Source: Dehalococcoidia bacterium (GTDB lineage Bacteria > Chloroflexota > Dehalococcoidia > Lucifugimonadales > UBA3495). From it: a DNA stretch of 64,000 bases. The stretch is from positions 1,593 to 65,592 of the forward strand of contig DAOULH010000025.1 of NCBI GenBank assembly GCA_034420475.1. Reading direction: 5' to 3'. A model generated the notes under the pieces. It was not told where the DNA came from. It worked only from the letters and a program-made list of their open reading frames with translations, and did not search any database. This document shows, piece after piece, positions 8,401-17,100 of the stretch. Positions within the stretch are counted from its first letter, which is position 1. Every line of letters starts with the position of its first letter. The position numbers and the translations under genes are program-made.

Positions 8401-10573
8401 CGTCGGCGATGGCGATTGCCGTCGTCTCCTCTTCCGGCACCGGCGGGACGTAGATTTTCAGCAGATCGGCCAGGTTGTCCTCGATGCGGCTGTCGTGGGC
8501 GCGCAGTGCCAGCAGTATCTGCCCCAGCTCTTCCCAACCTTCCTCTTTGGACGAAGTCGCCAGCCAGGTTTCGGCATAGGCGTCGGCCGGAATCACGATT
8601 GGGCAGACGATGTAGCCCATCTCTTTGCCTGGGGATGTGCGCATGGCGCGTCCTACGGCCTGGATTACGTCCACCGGGCTTTTGCGGGGTTCCAGGAAGG
8701 CGACGGCGCTGAGCGACGGCGCATCGGTGCCTTCGCCGAAGATGCCGACGTTCAGGATGCCGTGGGGGTGCAGCTCGCTGGCCTGTGCTAGGCGCCGCTT
8801 GGCGTCCTCGCGCTTGAGCGCGTTGCTGGAAGCGTCCAGGTGTTCCAGCCGGAATTCGGCTGGCTGCTGTCCGTTGCGATTTTCCGCCATCCAGCGGTTG
8901 AGCCAGCGGCGCACGGTGTCCGACTGCAGTTGCTTGGCCATCTCCTTGGACTTCGCTACGGTGTTCATGAACCCGATGCAGGATTGCACCGGCGCGGGTT
9001 CTTCGGCGTCGGGGGAGTTGGTGGCGCCGGCCATGACCAGCGCTAGGGTCATGCCCTTCAGGAAATGGTCGGTGTGCAGCTGGTTGCGACCTCTGCCGCC
9101 GTACAGCTTGACGAGCTCATTGGCGGCCTGGTAGGTGTCCGGGTCGTTCACGCCCAATGCGATGATGCGGTAGTCGGAGAGCCAGCCGTTTTCAACGGCG
9201 TCACGGTACTCCCGGCGGTACAGTTCCACGCCGAAGGTGTTTTCGTCATCCATGTTGCGGACAATCCAGTTGGGATTGCGATGGCTGGGCTGGTTGGTGG
9301 TGTCGTACACCCGGGGGGTGGCGGTCTGGTAGATACGGAACCTGGCGGGGAACCGCTGGTTGTCGTGGCAGACGGTGAAGTCGCGGACCTTGTCGTTGGA
9401 CTCGTCCTTATTTACGCGGCGCAGGCCGGCGGTGCGGTGGGCCTCATCGGCGATCATCACGGCGGCTTCGGTGTTGCTGGCGATCAGAGCATCGGCAATG
9501 CGGTGGCTGCTCTGGTAAGTACCGAAGATCACGTTCAAGCGGTCTTTGCCGCGTCCGTCCTTGATCCACTGGGCGATTTCACCGGCGTCGGTGGTTACTT
9601 GTCCTTTGACGATGTCCGCGCTGGCGTTGCTGGTGTCCAGGGTAGGGTCGTTGGCCAAGTTCTGCCGGTCTTCGGATACGGGGTTTCCCACGGTTTCGTC
9701 GGAGCAGACGGCCAGTGCCCGGATGTCCCGGGTGGCGTGTTGCAGGAACTCGCGCCGTATCTGGGCAACCAGGGCGATGGATGGGCACAGGACGATGGAA
9801 GTATCGCCGGCGGGGGTTAGTTCCTGGACGAGCCGGAGTGCGATCCTGGTCTTGCCGGTGCCGCAGGGCAGGATGATTTTGCCGCGGGCTTGGCCCTTGG
9901 GGATGCCGCCGCTTCCGTTTTGCTCGTGGCGAAGCAGCAACGATTTAGCAGTGGCTACGGCTTTATCCTGCATACAGGAGCGGGTCTGTAGCTGGGTTTC
10001 ATCGTCGGGATAAAGGCAATGCGGACACTGATCGTCGGCGGGCGGCGGTTTGGCGGCGATGAGGTCGGCGTGGATGTTGACGTGCTTTACCGGCTTGCCG
10101 GTGACGTGGATCATCTGCATCGCCGGCCCTGCGATGGGAACGTCGCCGTTGGTGACCAGCCAGCGTTCGGCCCAGAGGTTGCCTGACGTGGCGGCGACGA
10201 ACTTGTCGAGCTCGCCTTTGTTTACGGCGGCGCCGGCGCCGTATTCATCCAGCTGTCGGGATTTGCACTGGATAGCGATGTATCGTTGGTCGGATCGTCG
10301 GACGGCGATGCAGTCGATGCCGATGTCCTGGCCGGTGGTGTCTGGGAACTCGGCTTCACGTTGCGGCCATTCGGGCCAGGTCCAGCACTCGCTGATGTCC
10401 CAATCGGGTATGTATGGGGCTATGGCTGCGGTCTGTCGTTCCAGCCATGATCCATCGGTGGCCTGCGGGTTCATCGTCTCCGTCTGGTTGATTGCGACGG
10501 AGATCATGGCTTCTGTATCGTTCAGTGCATGGAAATTGCGGTTGGGGTTTATCTGGTGCGATGTGGTGGGCAT
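5417..10573 (-). CDS. Type ISP-like single-polypeptide restriction-modification enzyme (Mrr-like nuclease + SF2 DEAH helicase + N6-adenine methyltransferase + specificity region)
   Basis: Nuclease: GIDCIAV...YIAIQCKS (D...QxK). Helicase: ILPCGTGKT, IADEAHR, QTATPR, VIQAVGRAMR. MTase: DLACGSGTLLAA, IVIMNPPFTS. The open frame extends to 10714, but a 14-bp perfect hairpin at 10585-10623 suggests the start is the ATG at 10573 or later. Confidence 0.85.
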   Translation of the reverse strand: MPTTSHQINPNRNFHALNDTEAMISVAINQTETMNPQATDGSWLERQTAAIAPYIPDWDISECWTWPEWPQREAEFPDTTGQDIGIDCIAVRRSDQRYIAIQCKSRQLDEYGAGAAVNKGELDKFVAATSGNLWAERWLVTNGDVPIAGPAMQMIHVTGKPVKHVNIHADLIAAKPPPADDQCPHCLYPDDETQLQTRSCMQDKAVATAKSLLLRHEQNGSGGIPKGQARGKIILPCGTGKTRIALRLVQELTPAGDTSIVLCPSIALVAQIRREFLQHATRDIRALAVCSDETVGNPVSEDRQNLANDPTLDTSNASADIVKGQVTTDAGEIAQWIKDGRGKDRLNVIFGTYQSSHRIADALIASNTEAAVMIADEAHRTAGLRRVNKDESNDKVRDFTVCHDNQRFPARFRIYQTATPRVYDTTNQPSHRNPNWIVRNMDDENTFGVELYRREYRDAVENGWLSDYRIIALGVNDPDTYQAANELVKLYGGRGRNQLHTDHFLKGMTLALVMAGATNSPDAEEPAPVQSCIGFMNTVAKSKEMAKQLQSDTVRRWLNRWMAENRNGQQPAEFRLEHLDASSNALKREDAKRRLAQASELHPHGILNVGIFGEGTDAPSLSAVAFLEPRKSPVDVIQAVGRAMRTSPGKEMGYIVCPIVIPADAYAETWLATSSKEEGWEELGQILLALRAHDSRIEDNLADLLKIYVPPVPEEETTAIAIADDAKKNIQYYAHVGDPREVPDIIEAVLDGRQRPLDRLKPMRWAEQYAQPRLPQPKPADPNQGTLLPPPPTPVMVTTAAVTNAEPKAPAVAPPEPSSLVTGKRHADGSKELRRDSPARQKRNSANGESLPPIDYQATKKKAAGMINNSTGVKVPNAEQRRKQQERRRNPGDKHAQLMLNMIGLDDQNRNAITANLLSKSGLTSNRVDRDLNLLEYGVGEAGRCLREDHLKATLDAHFSLDNLDSESRKKQADGCTIGALLMMNAAMLHQRIAAGQWLTGISDLSQLKNDENVVRNLSREWERIMRHDFHPVLEPALEAIYAVETTGKMDGLTQALHVICAEAERIAHAYADMGADHAGPLFNKVMGNQASDGAYFTRPVAASIAARLTLDVCGDMDWRDPEVWGEHKTVDLACGSGTLLAAMLTDMKRRAREAGATDEEIAGLQRLAVEDTIKGLDINPVSLQLAAAQLTAGNAEVRYQQMGLHQMSYGPQENKRVAAGTLELLGQKAIVPRRNELNIDDEAVNSAHLQMSNTADAKTDKTVSEALGAKIVIMNPPFTSRNKMGEKFPKDIQQGLRKRVDWLEETATEADISLKLMASRTTVRPLFVMLAARIVNRDTGILTMINPTIALSAPSGLSERQALAQEFHVHTILTCHQPKNVNLSQETGINESIVVMRRHRGDKPPTRFINLDWMPRDEAEVDELEYSLRQCEEGKIPNGWGAVSYWPAECITAGDWSAAILRSQELAYAAYELDTSPRMLTIREHGGECETTRESLKKSNFVPADTDDPGKFPIISSKGADGQQSIQSTPDAYWTPNNADEEQRILNSGTYPQADKLLQKAGYLLITSGQRTNTARLTAIADDKKYVGRGCLPINGLDAQEAKAIAVFVNSTAGRLQLLRYAGRTLEFPQYNPEPLENIRIPNVKVDRIRGILADCWEHTKGMTVPQYREGECEVRRLWDEAVADAMGWDASELTRLRLLLHQEPHVRGLGYGQYAG

Positions 10574-10584
10574 GTGTGACGTCG

Positions 10585-10623
10585 TCCCTGGCGAAAGTAA
10601 GTTGAACCCACTTTCGCCAGGGA
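10585..10623. promoter_or_regulatory. perfect 14-bp inverted repeat with 11-nt loop in the Type ISP leader
   Basis: TCCCTGGCGAAAGT-aagttgaaccc-ACTTTCGCCAGGGA, ending 12 nt upstream of the ATG at 10573 on the minus strand. Confidence 0.5.
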
Positions 10624-11189
10624 CTGCGTTGCCCCGTTTTGCGCGGCCGTTACCGTGGTCTTCGGCTTTTGTGGAGGGCGGTTTGCGCGGCGGTAAACGG
10701 CGCGTGTGGGCCACGGTGGTGCTGGAACGTCGGGCAGAGCCGCTGGTCGGGGATGAACACCGTGGGCAGGTGGCGAGGGTAGAAGTCGGTTGGAGTTGCC
10801 ATCGCGTGACGCGGACAGTGGCGGTGTGTGCCTTGGAAGCGGCGGGAATTGTCGCACTGGAACCACCCTGGTGATGTGAGGATAGCGAGGTCTCCCTGTT
10901 CGCCGGTTTCGGCGGTGAGGGTGGGGCTTGTTCCTCTCACCGGGGGATGTTCAGTGTGTCCCGGTCACACGGTCGGGAGCAGGCTACCCGCCGTCTTGGT
11001 CAACGTGACCGGAGGCGTCGAAGTGCCCGAGGGTGTTTTGCTGACGGTGGAGCCGCGACTGGCCGTGCGCTTCTGGTTTATTCTCAGTGGCGCGTGGTGC
11101 AGACGGTGAAATCGGACGGTTTGAAACCCAGTGGCGCAACTCGTCAAGGCGAGGACGCTCTGTGTCGTTCCGACGGGGATTTGAGGCCA

Positions 11190-11831
11190 ATGCTGGAGCG
11201 CAACGTCAGGCACAAGATGGACGGTCTGGACCTGCTGGGAACCCTGGCGGATGATTCCGTGCCGGCGGCGTTCTTCGACCCCCAATACCGGGGCGTCCTC
11301 GATAAGTTGGCGTACGGTAATGAGGGGAAGGCGCGGGGTCAGGCCAGGGCATCGTTGGTTCAGATGACGGAACCGGTCATTCTCCGGTTCTTGGGCGAGA
11401 TAGCGAGGGTGTTGCGCCCGAGCGGCCACGTTTTCCTGTGGACGGACAAATACCACCTCTGCTCGGGTGCCATCGGCTGGTTTGAGGAGTTCCCGCTGGA
11501 GGTGGTCGATCTGATCACCTGGGACAAGATGAGGATGGGGATGGGTTACCGGACGCGTCGTTATGGGGAGTACCTGCTGGTGGTGCAGAAGCCGCCCCTG
11601 GTGGTGTATGGGGGTTGGAAGGGTAGTGACGTTCCCGATTTTTGGTCGGAGAAGCTGTCCGGCCGTAGGGGACATACTCACCGGAAGCCGGTTGGGCTGC
11701 AGTCTGCGCTGATAGAAGCGGTGACGGAGCCGGGGGATGTGGTGGTGGATCCGGCGGCGGGGAGTTTCTCCGTGATGGAGAGCGCGCTTGCGGTGGGGAG
11801 GAATTTCCTGGGCGGGGACCTGAACGGGTAA
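11190..11831 (+). CDS. beta-class (N6A/N4C) DNA methyltransferase, no cognate nuclease gene adjacent
   Basis: Motif IV variant FFDPQYRG precedes motif I VVDPAAGSFS, which is the beta-class order; also HRKPVGLQ. The ORF is open from 10947 but the first 81 codons look non-coding. ATG at 11190 or 11217. Confidence 0.8.
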   Translation: MLERNVRHKMDGLDLLGTLADDSVPAAFFDPQYRGVLDKLAYGNEGKARGQARASLVQMTEPVILRFLGEIARVLRPSGHVFLWTDKYHLCSGAIGWFEEFPLEVVDLITWDKMRMGMGYRTRRYGEYLLVVQKPPLVVYGGWKGSDVPDFWSEKLSGRRGHTHRKPVGLQSALIEAVTEPGDVVVDPAAGSFSVMESALAVGRNFLGGDLNG

Positions 11832-12049
11832 TGCCGGTTGGCGGATGGTGGCAACGGCGCAGGAGTCGGTGTTGGTTGGAGTAGCCCGCTTCGACGTGCC
11901 CGGTGCGAGCTAGGCGTTGCATCGGTTTTCCCGGGGTCCACCGGTCGCGCAGGTGGGTGTTTGGTTTGCCGCAGTATGGGAATGCCCGCGGTGCCTTGCA
12001 GTGCTGTCACCGTGGCTGTACGGCCGTAACTTGGGCGGCGGTGGTGATT

Positions 12050-12165
12050 AAACCTTCCGCCCCGTCAGTCGGGGCGGCCGGCGTCGCCGTGGGTCGGCGA
12101 CGGTTCCATTGTGCCAGTGAGCGGCGCTTGTACGCCACTGGCTGGTGTCAACAATTCAGAAGTTG
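12050..12165 (-). repeat. structured repeat element, copy C
   Basis: Aligns with copy A: CCAGCCAGTGGCG...CACAATG...GTCGCCGACCCACGGCGAC...CCGCCCCGACTGACGGGGCGG. Confidence 0.65.
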
Positions 12166-12263
12166 GCGGTGGCGATTTCGGTCGACTGGTAGGGTTCCGT
12201 GATGATGTTGGAAGTGCAAGGTCTGATGTCTGGCCGCGGCACTGGAGGGCGTGTGCGGCGGCC

Positions 12264-12381
12264 AGAAAGGCCAGCCACCCCGTTAGTCGCGGGCGGCTGG
12301 CTTGTCGCCGTCGGTCGGCGACTTGTTGATGATGCCACGCGGGAACTGGCCGGCGCGACCGGTTGGTGTCATCAATTTTGA
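12264..12381 (-). repeat. structured repeat element, copy B
   Basis: Shares the GTCGCCG-ACCGA-CGGCGAC hairpin and the GCCAGCCGCCC...GGGGTGGCTGGC terminal stem with copy A. Starts at the TGA of the TPR frame. Confidence 0.65.
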
Positions 12382-12671
12382 GTTGGTGACGGCTCGCTGT
12401 TCGGGGGCTGTTGAATGGCGAGCTGCCGGTCTCGTTCGGCTTCGGCATGGTTGCCGAGGTTGTCGTGGATCCAGGCGCGCATCCTGTAAGCCTCAGCGTC
12501 GTGCTGGGGATGCAAGGGAATCGACCTGTCCATGTCTTCCAGGGCAGCCTGCCAATCCGGCGTAGGGAGGAGGGTGTAACCGACGGCGCGGTGCCCGTAG
12601 CCCATGTGGTGGGCCGGGTCAAGCTCTATGGCCCGGGTGGCGTCGTCGATGGCCGATTGCGGGTCCGCTGG
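12372..12671 (-). pseudogene. TPR-repeat fragment without its own start
   Basis: ADPQSAIDDATRAIELDPAHHMGYGHRAVGY...AEAYRMRAWIHDNLGNHAEAERD is TPR-like. The frame opens right after the TAG of the upstream ORF, in the same frame. First ATG is at 12605. Confidence 0.4.
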
Positions 12672-13199
12672 CTATTCGACGATGCTCTGTCGGTATGGTG
12701 GTGAGGAAAACCTCTTGGGGCTTCTGATGTGCCTCTTGATGGTCGGGCTTGGTGACGTGTTCAACGTAATCTCCAATGTTAGGTGGCAATCTGGTGCGTC
12801 GGGGTGCAAGAATATCGCGATCGCTGCCTGCTGGGTTTCGTATGTGATATGTCGTTGCCAGCGGCCTGTACGCTGGGTTATTGGAATGATTTCTCCAGTC
12901 TCAATCTGGTCATGATCTATCACTTCTCCATGGTCCAGATGATGCCGACGGCGCCAGTTGCTCCGCGTTCGCTTGATTGTGGCTTTTGTGAACACCCAAT
13001 CCGGGCGGTTGGATTCCGGCTCGAAAGTGATGTACAGGTCACGTTCTCCTGTGTCGGACCATCCGTGTGATATGGAGAGCCTGGGCCGGGCCTGAATTGC
13101 TGAAATCTGCTGAGTTCTGAGGCTGACCCACAGGGAGCCGGCAGCAAAAAATGCTGCGATTGCGGCGAAAGCGATCGAAAGGATTTCCAAGGAAAGCAT
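12672..13199 (-). CDS. hypothetical membrane-anchored protein, 175 aa
   Basis: N-terminal hydrophobic helix LSLEILSIAFAAIAAFFAAGSLWV. Lies in a lower-GC segment. No motif recognised. Confidence 0.45.
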   Translation of the reverse strand: MLSLEILSIAFAAIAAFFAAGSLWVSLRTQQISAIQARPRLSISHGWSDTGERDLYITFEPESNRPDWVFTKATIKRTRSNWRRRHHLDHGEVIDHDQIETGEIIPITQRTGRWQRHITYETQQAAIAIFLHPDAPDCHLTLEITLNTSPSPTIKRHIRSPKRFSSPPYRQSIVE

Positions 13200-13631
13200 A
13201 ATCGTGGTCTGACGCCAAAAGTTGTTGGTTGGCGTGGGATCTGCGGATTGATCGTCGTGAGCCGGTTAAACCGCCATGCCCATGTCTTTTAGTCGGGCTA
13301 TGAAGAACTATTGCGTTCTTCCGCCGTCGACGCGGTTGTAGTGAGCGCAAAGCAGCGTGGTTCGCGATTAGCCTTGGGGGGTTGAAGGTTGGGCGGGATG
13401 ATAGCACGATGAGGAACGGCGATAGCGGCGCTGATGTCGTTGACAGTGCAGTAGGCGCGTCGGGCTATGGTGGCCAGGGTCTGAAGGAGCGCTCGTTCGT
13501 TGAAATCCGGCGTGCCGGCAGCTTAGGAGGGCATATCGGTCATTTGTTGGATGCTGGTGCGGTTGTAGGCCGCGGGAATCGGAATGCTGGCGCCAGAGGA
13601 AACCGGCCTTTTGACCGGTGAGATACTGAAG

Positions 13632-14111
13632 TTAGGGAGTTGTGGGCCGCTTCATGAAAACTGCCGCTGTCCCGTATTGGTCGCCCTCGATGCACTCCAA
13701 ATTGTCGTGTTCAATGTCAACACCGTCAAATCCCATCTTGCTGGTCCATTTTTGAGAAGGGAGTTGCCGGCACGCATGAGTCGGGTAATCGTCCTTCACG
13801 AAGATGGCCACTTTCAGGTAGCCATCTTCGGATTCCGGGTTGTCGCACGGCACGTACCCGGTGCTTGTAAAATACTCGACGATGGCTTCGACTGATTCGT
13901 CGTTGCGGATGCCGTCGGGCCAGGTAACCTCTGGTTCCGTCATTACACCCTCTGCACCACTGGGCCAAAGGTGCTGATTTTCGATCCCGGCAGCCCACGC
14001 CACGCAGTTGTACGCGCGTGACGCAGGGCTGGTGACCCTGTGATTGTCGGGCCCTAAACGCGGAAAGTATTGCAACGGGTGTCTGGAGGATTCCGGTCTA
14101 GGCGTAGCCAT
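13632..14111 (-). CDS. papain-fold (CHAP/NlpC-P60-like) candidate protein, 159 aa, coupled to the DISARM-like operon
   Basis: The ATG at 14111 overlaps the last 14 nt of the 1821-aa gene. Candidate Cys (AYNCVAWAAG) and His (PTHACRQ) motifs are in the usual Cys-then-His order. Confidence 0.55.
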   Translation of the reverse strand: MATPRPESSRHPLQYFPRLGPDNHRVTSPASRAYNCVAWAAGIENQHLWPSGAEGVMTEPEVTWPDGIRNDESVEAIVEYFTSTGYVPCDNPESEDGYLKVAIFVKDDYPTHACRQLPSQKWTSKMGFDGVDIEHDNLECIEGDQYGTAAVFMKRPTTP

Positions 14112-17100
14112 TGTCCCGCCCCCATTGCAGCCATGCTTCGTCGTTGAGCGGCGGACTGCCTTTGGCGGATTCGGGAACGGGATTAGCTCCGGTAAGGGTG
14201 CGTAGCGCTGGGTACCACCATCCGCCGTTGTCTTTCATATCCTGCAGGATGAAAGGAATGACGGGTTTCCCCATGGCGATGATTTGCTGATATGCGTGGT
14301 GTCCGGCGATGGCTCGGGGCGACGACAGGCCGGCTGTTTCTGCTCGCCATTCGGTTACGAGTTTTGAGAATTGTCCGCGCAGCGACGCCGTATGTCCGTT
14401 GGTCTCGGCAATTGGGATGAACACGTGCGGGTACTCCCTGAGTTGTTCGATGATTGGTCGGTCATACCTGATGGCGATGACCCCAAAGCCAAAATCCTGC
14501 AACTCTTCACGGGTGTGACTGTCGGCTCTTTGCCGGTCAGGGTCGTCGTGGTGCGGGCCGTCGATGAAAATGCATATGCCCGGACGATTTTCCCGCTCGT
14601 AGTAGAAGTCGGGTTGGACCAGGACTTTCGATGAAGGGCGGTTCTGCGCGCTGTCGGGCAGACGCATTCCGTTGTCCCGCAGCGCTTGGAGGAATTCCCT
14701 TTCCAGCGTCGAGTTTGGGTCAGTGAGATTCATCAGCCGTTGGTATTGTTCGTCGTAGTCTGGCTCTTGTTCCAGCTTGGTTGTTGATGTCGCCAACAAC
14801 CGCAGGTAGTCCAGAATTTTGCGGCGGTCGATCAGCCGGTGTTCCAGTTGGTTGGAGTAGGTGAGCAAGCACTCATAGCAGGCTGAGACGCAGGCGGTTA
14901 TCTGAGCGTCATCGCCGTTGCCTGATGGGTCCTCGTGGCAAAGTCTGATGGCCATGCGGGCTACTGCGGAGAAGGCGTTGGGTTGAGTGACCAGGTGTTC
15001 CCAGACTCCGATGCCGCCTTCGGCGGCTTCCCAAAATATCATGCGGCGATGCTCGTTCTCGCCTATGAGCTCGGCGGAGATTTCCTGATCTTCAACTTGG
15101 TAAACGAACTGTATCGCGCGCTTGATGGCGTGGAGCAGGGTAACCTCGAATTCCGCCGAGGAATTCTCACTGTGGTGTTTCAGGAAAAGAACGTTTCTGG
15201 AGTCCTGTACGTAGGGCCTTACGCCCGATATCGTTGCTGGAACGCCAAGGTCGGAAATCGTTTCGTCCTCGCCGTTTCGAGCCTGCCAACGGCCGGTCGT
15301 TGGGTCAACTCTGAACCCGGGTTCCTCTTCGTTGCTCTGACGGAAGCCGTTGTTGATGCGCCAAAGGCGGGTTCCAGGAGCGTACTGGGCGGTGAGGATA
15401 ATTTCTTCGTCCGCGGACAGCACTTCAGCTGACAGACTTCGGCCTAGACCGAAGTTGAAGTGGGTGGTGACACGGTATCCGTTCCGAACTCGCTCCTCTT
15501 CCTCGGAAGAGATCCGTTCGCGCCTTCTGGCACGCATGGTGGGCTGTTCCAGTAGCTTCTGGATGTAGTCCGAGGATCCATCCAGCCTGGTCCCGCAATT
15601 CAGGCAGAGTTCCAGGTCGGCGTCAGCCCCGTCGTGGGCGTAACCGCAGTTTTGGCAGAGGCGTGCACGCCTGAAGGCTGCTTCGAAGCCTGATGGCGGC
15701 ACGATGGCGGCGTCGATCCGGTACTTCCGCCCCTCGTGATAAACCTGATTGCCGGGAGCGAATTCAGTGAGCCCGAGGAAACGTGGGCGGTCGATCATTT
15801 GGGTGGATTCTCTCATCGGCACGGATACGCGCACGGGTAGCCTGGGGAAGTTGTACCCGGGCAGGAATCCTTCGCTGGCGAGGTAGCGGTACGGGTAAAA
15901 ATCGGATTCTTCCTGTCGGTTGGTCCGGTTTAGCAGCAGGTCGATTTCTCGACGAGCTCCCCGTTCTCGGTGTTCAGCCTGCTGTTTGGCCGATCGGGTA
16001 GCATTGGGATCATCCATCTCTCTTCTGGCGTCGTCGCGTTCGTCGCAGGCTGCTTGATACAGCTCGCGCCACCGTAGGAAAGCCGCGTCGAACTCATCGG
16101 GCGCGGCGCGGAGCGTGTCATTGACCCAGTTGTGGGAGAACCAGGGAGCGTACTGGACTTCCGGTGTACGGTCGATGATGTTCTGTGCTCGTTGGACTGC
16201 CTGCTGGAAATAACGTTCTCTGCGGATTCCTTCGAACTCGGCGGCGAGGTCCTCCTTGATGGGGAAGCTGGGGTCATTCAGGTCGAGGATTTCCTGCATT
16301 CCGCGGCCCAAAGCGATGCCCGTGGTGGCGAGCCAGGTTGAATAGAGGTGGGCCTTCAGGAGTTCCTGATTACGCAGATCCATCCGAGCCGGTTTAACCG
16401 CGCCGGAGATCATTTCATGGCGCCGTCCGAAGTAATACTGATCGTGGGCATTACCCTGGGCCGCGAACGCAACGATAAGTGCTGGCCTGCCCCCGCGACC
16501 TGCGCGACCGCTGCGTTGGGCATAGTTGGCCGGCGTTGGCGGTATGTTTCGCAGGTGTACTGCGTCCAAGTCACTGATGTCCACGCCCAGTTCCATGGTG
16601 GGTGAGCAAAAGAGGGCGGGAAGTGTTCCTTCTCTGAACTCCCTCTCGCGGTCTTCGCGGTCCTTAGCGCTGACCTGGCCAGAGTGAGGTTGGGCTAGGA
16701 TGCCGCGCAATTGGAGCGATCCTCGGTCGTAGAGGTTGGTGAAGTAACTGTTTGGTTGTTGCGTTGCACGGGTCTGACGTCGGAGGTGCAGAGATCGACT
16801 CCGCACCGGGTCGGGACTTGCGGGCGTGGCGTTGCCGGCGACCCATTGCATTCCGGCTGCCAGTAGTCGCACTCCGCGCGCTGCGCCGTTGTTATCGTTT
16901 ACTACGGACAGGAACTGCCCACGGAGTTGTTCGACGATACCGTTGACCAAGGCCTCGCCTTCTGCAACCGATAGGTTTTGGTCAATGCCCCAGGTGTGTT
17001 GGGACCGCAAGTATCGAAGGATCGCGGAACGAGCTCCCAGGCTCATAACGGCCCGCCCATTGCCTTCGTAACGGGTGCGCTGCTTGCCTGGCAGAAGAGC

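Noticed and set aside
10574-10714. N-terminal extensions of the maximal ORFs (Type ISP to 10714, drmD-like to 26813, membrane protein from 28917, methylase from 10947, type IIG from 50851, paralogs to 34401 and 35684)
   Set aside because: The extensions are low-complexity or run across hairpins, terminators or promoter-like boxes. Internal starts have better SD sequences or match the conserved paralog N-terminus. Start positions remain uncertain.
2438-12674. The idea that the two in-frame TAG codons reflect amber reassignment, pyrrolysine or systematic suppression
   Set aside because: TAG is used as an ordinary stop by confident genes in the same island (Type ISP-like gene at 5417-5419, the 1821-aa gene at 14098-14100). 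Two cases are too few, and both are in decaying accessory DNA.
13330-13560. Minus-strand frame PDFNERALLQTLATIARRAYCTVNDISAAIAVPHRAII, vaguely like a transposase N-terminal HTH
   Set aside because: About 70 codons bounded by stops, with no start codon and no diagnostic motif.
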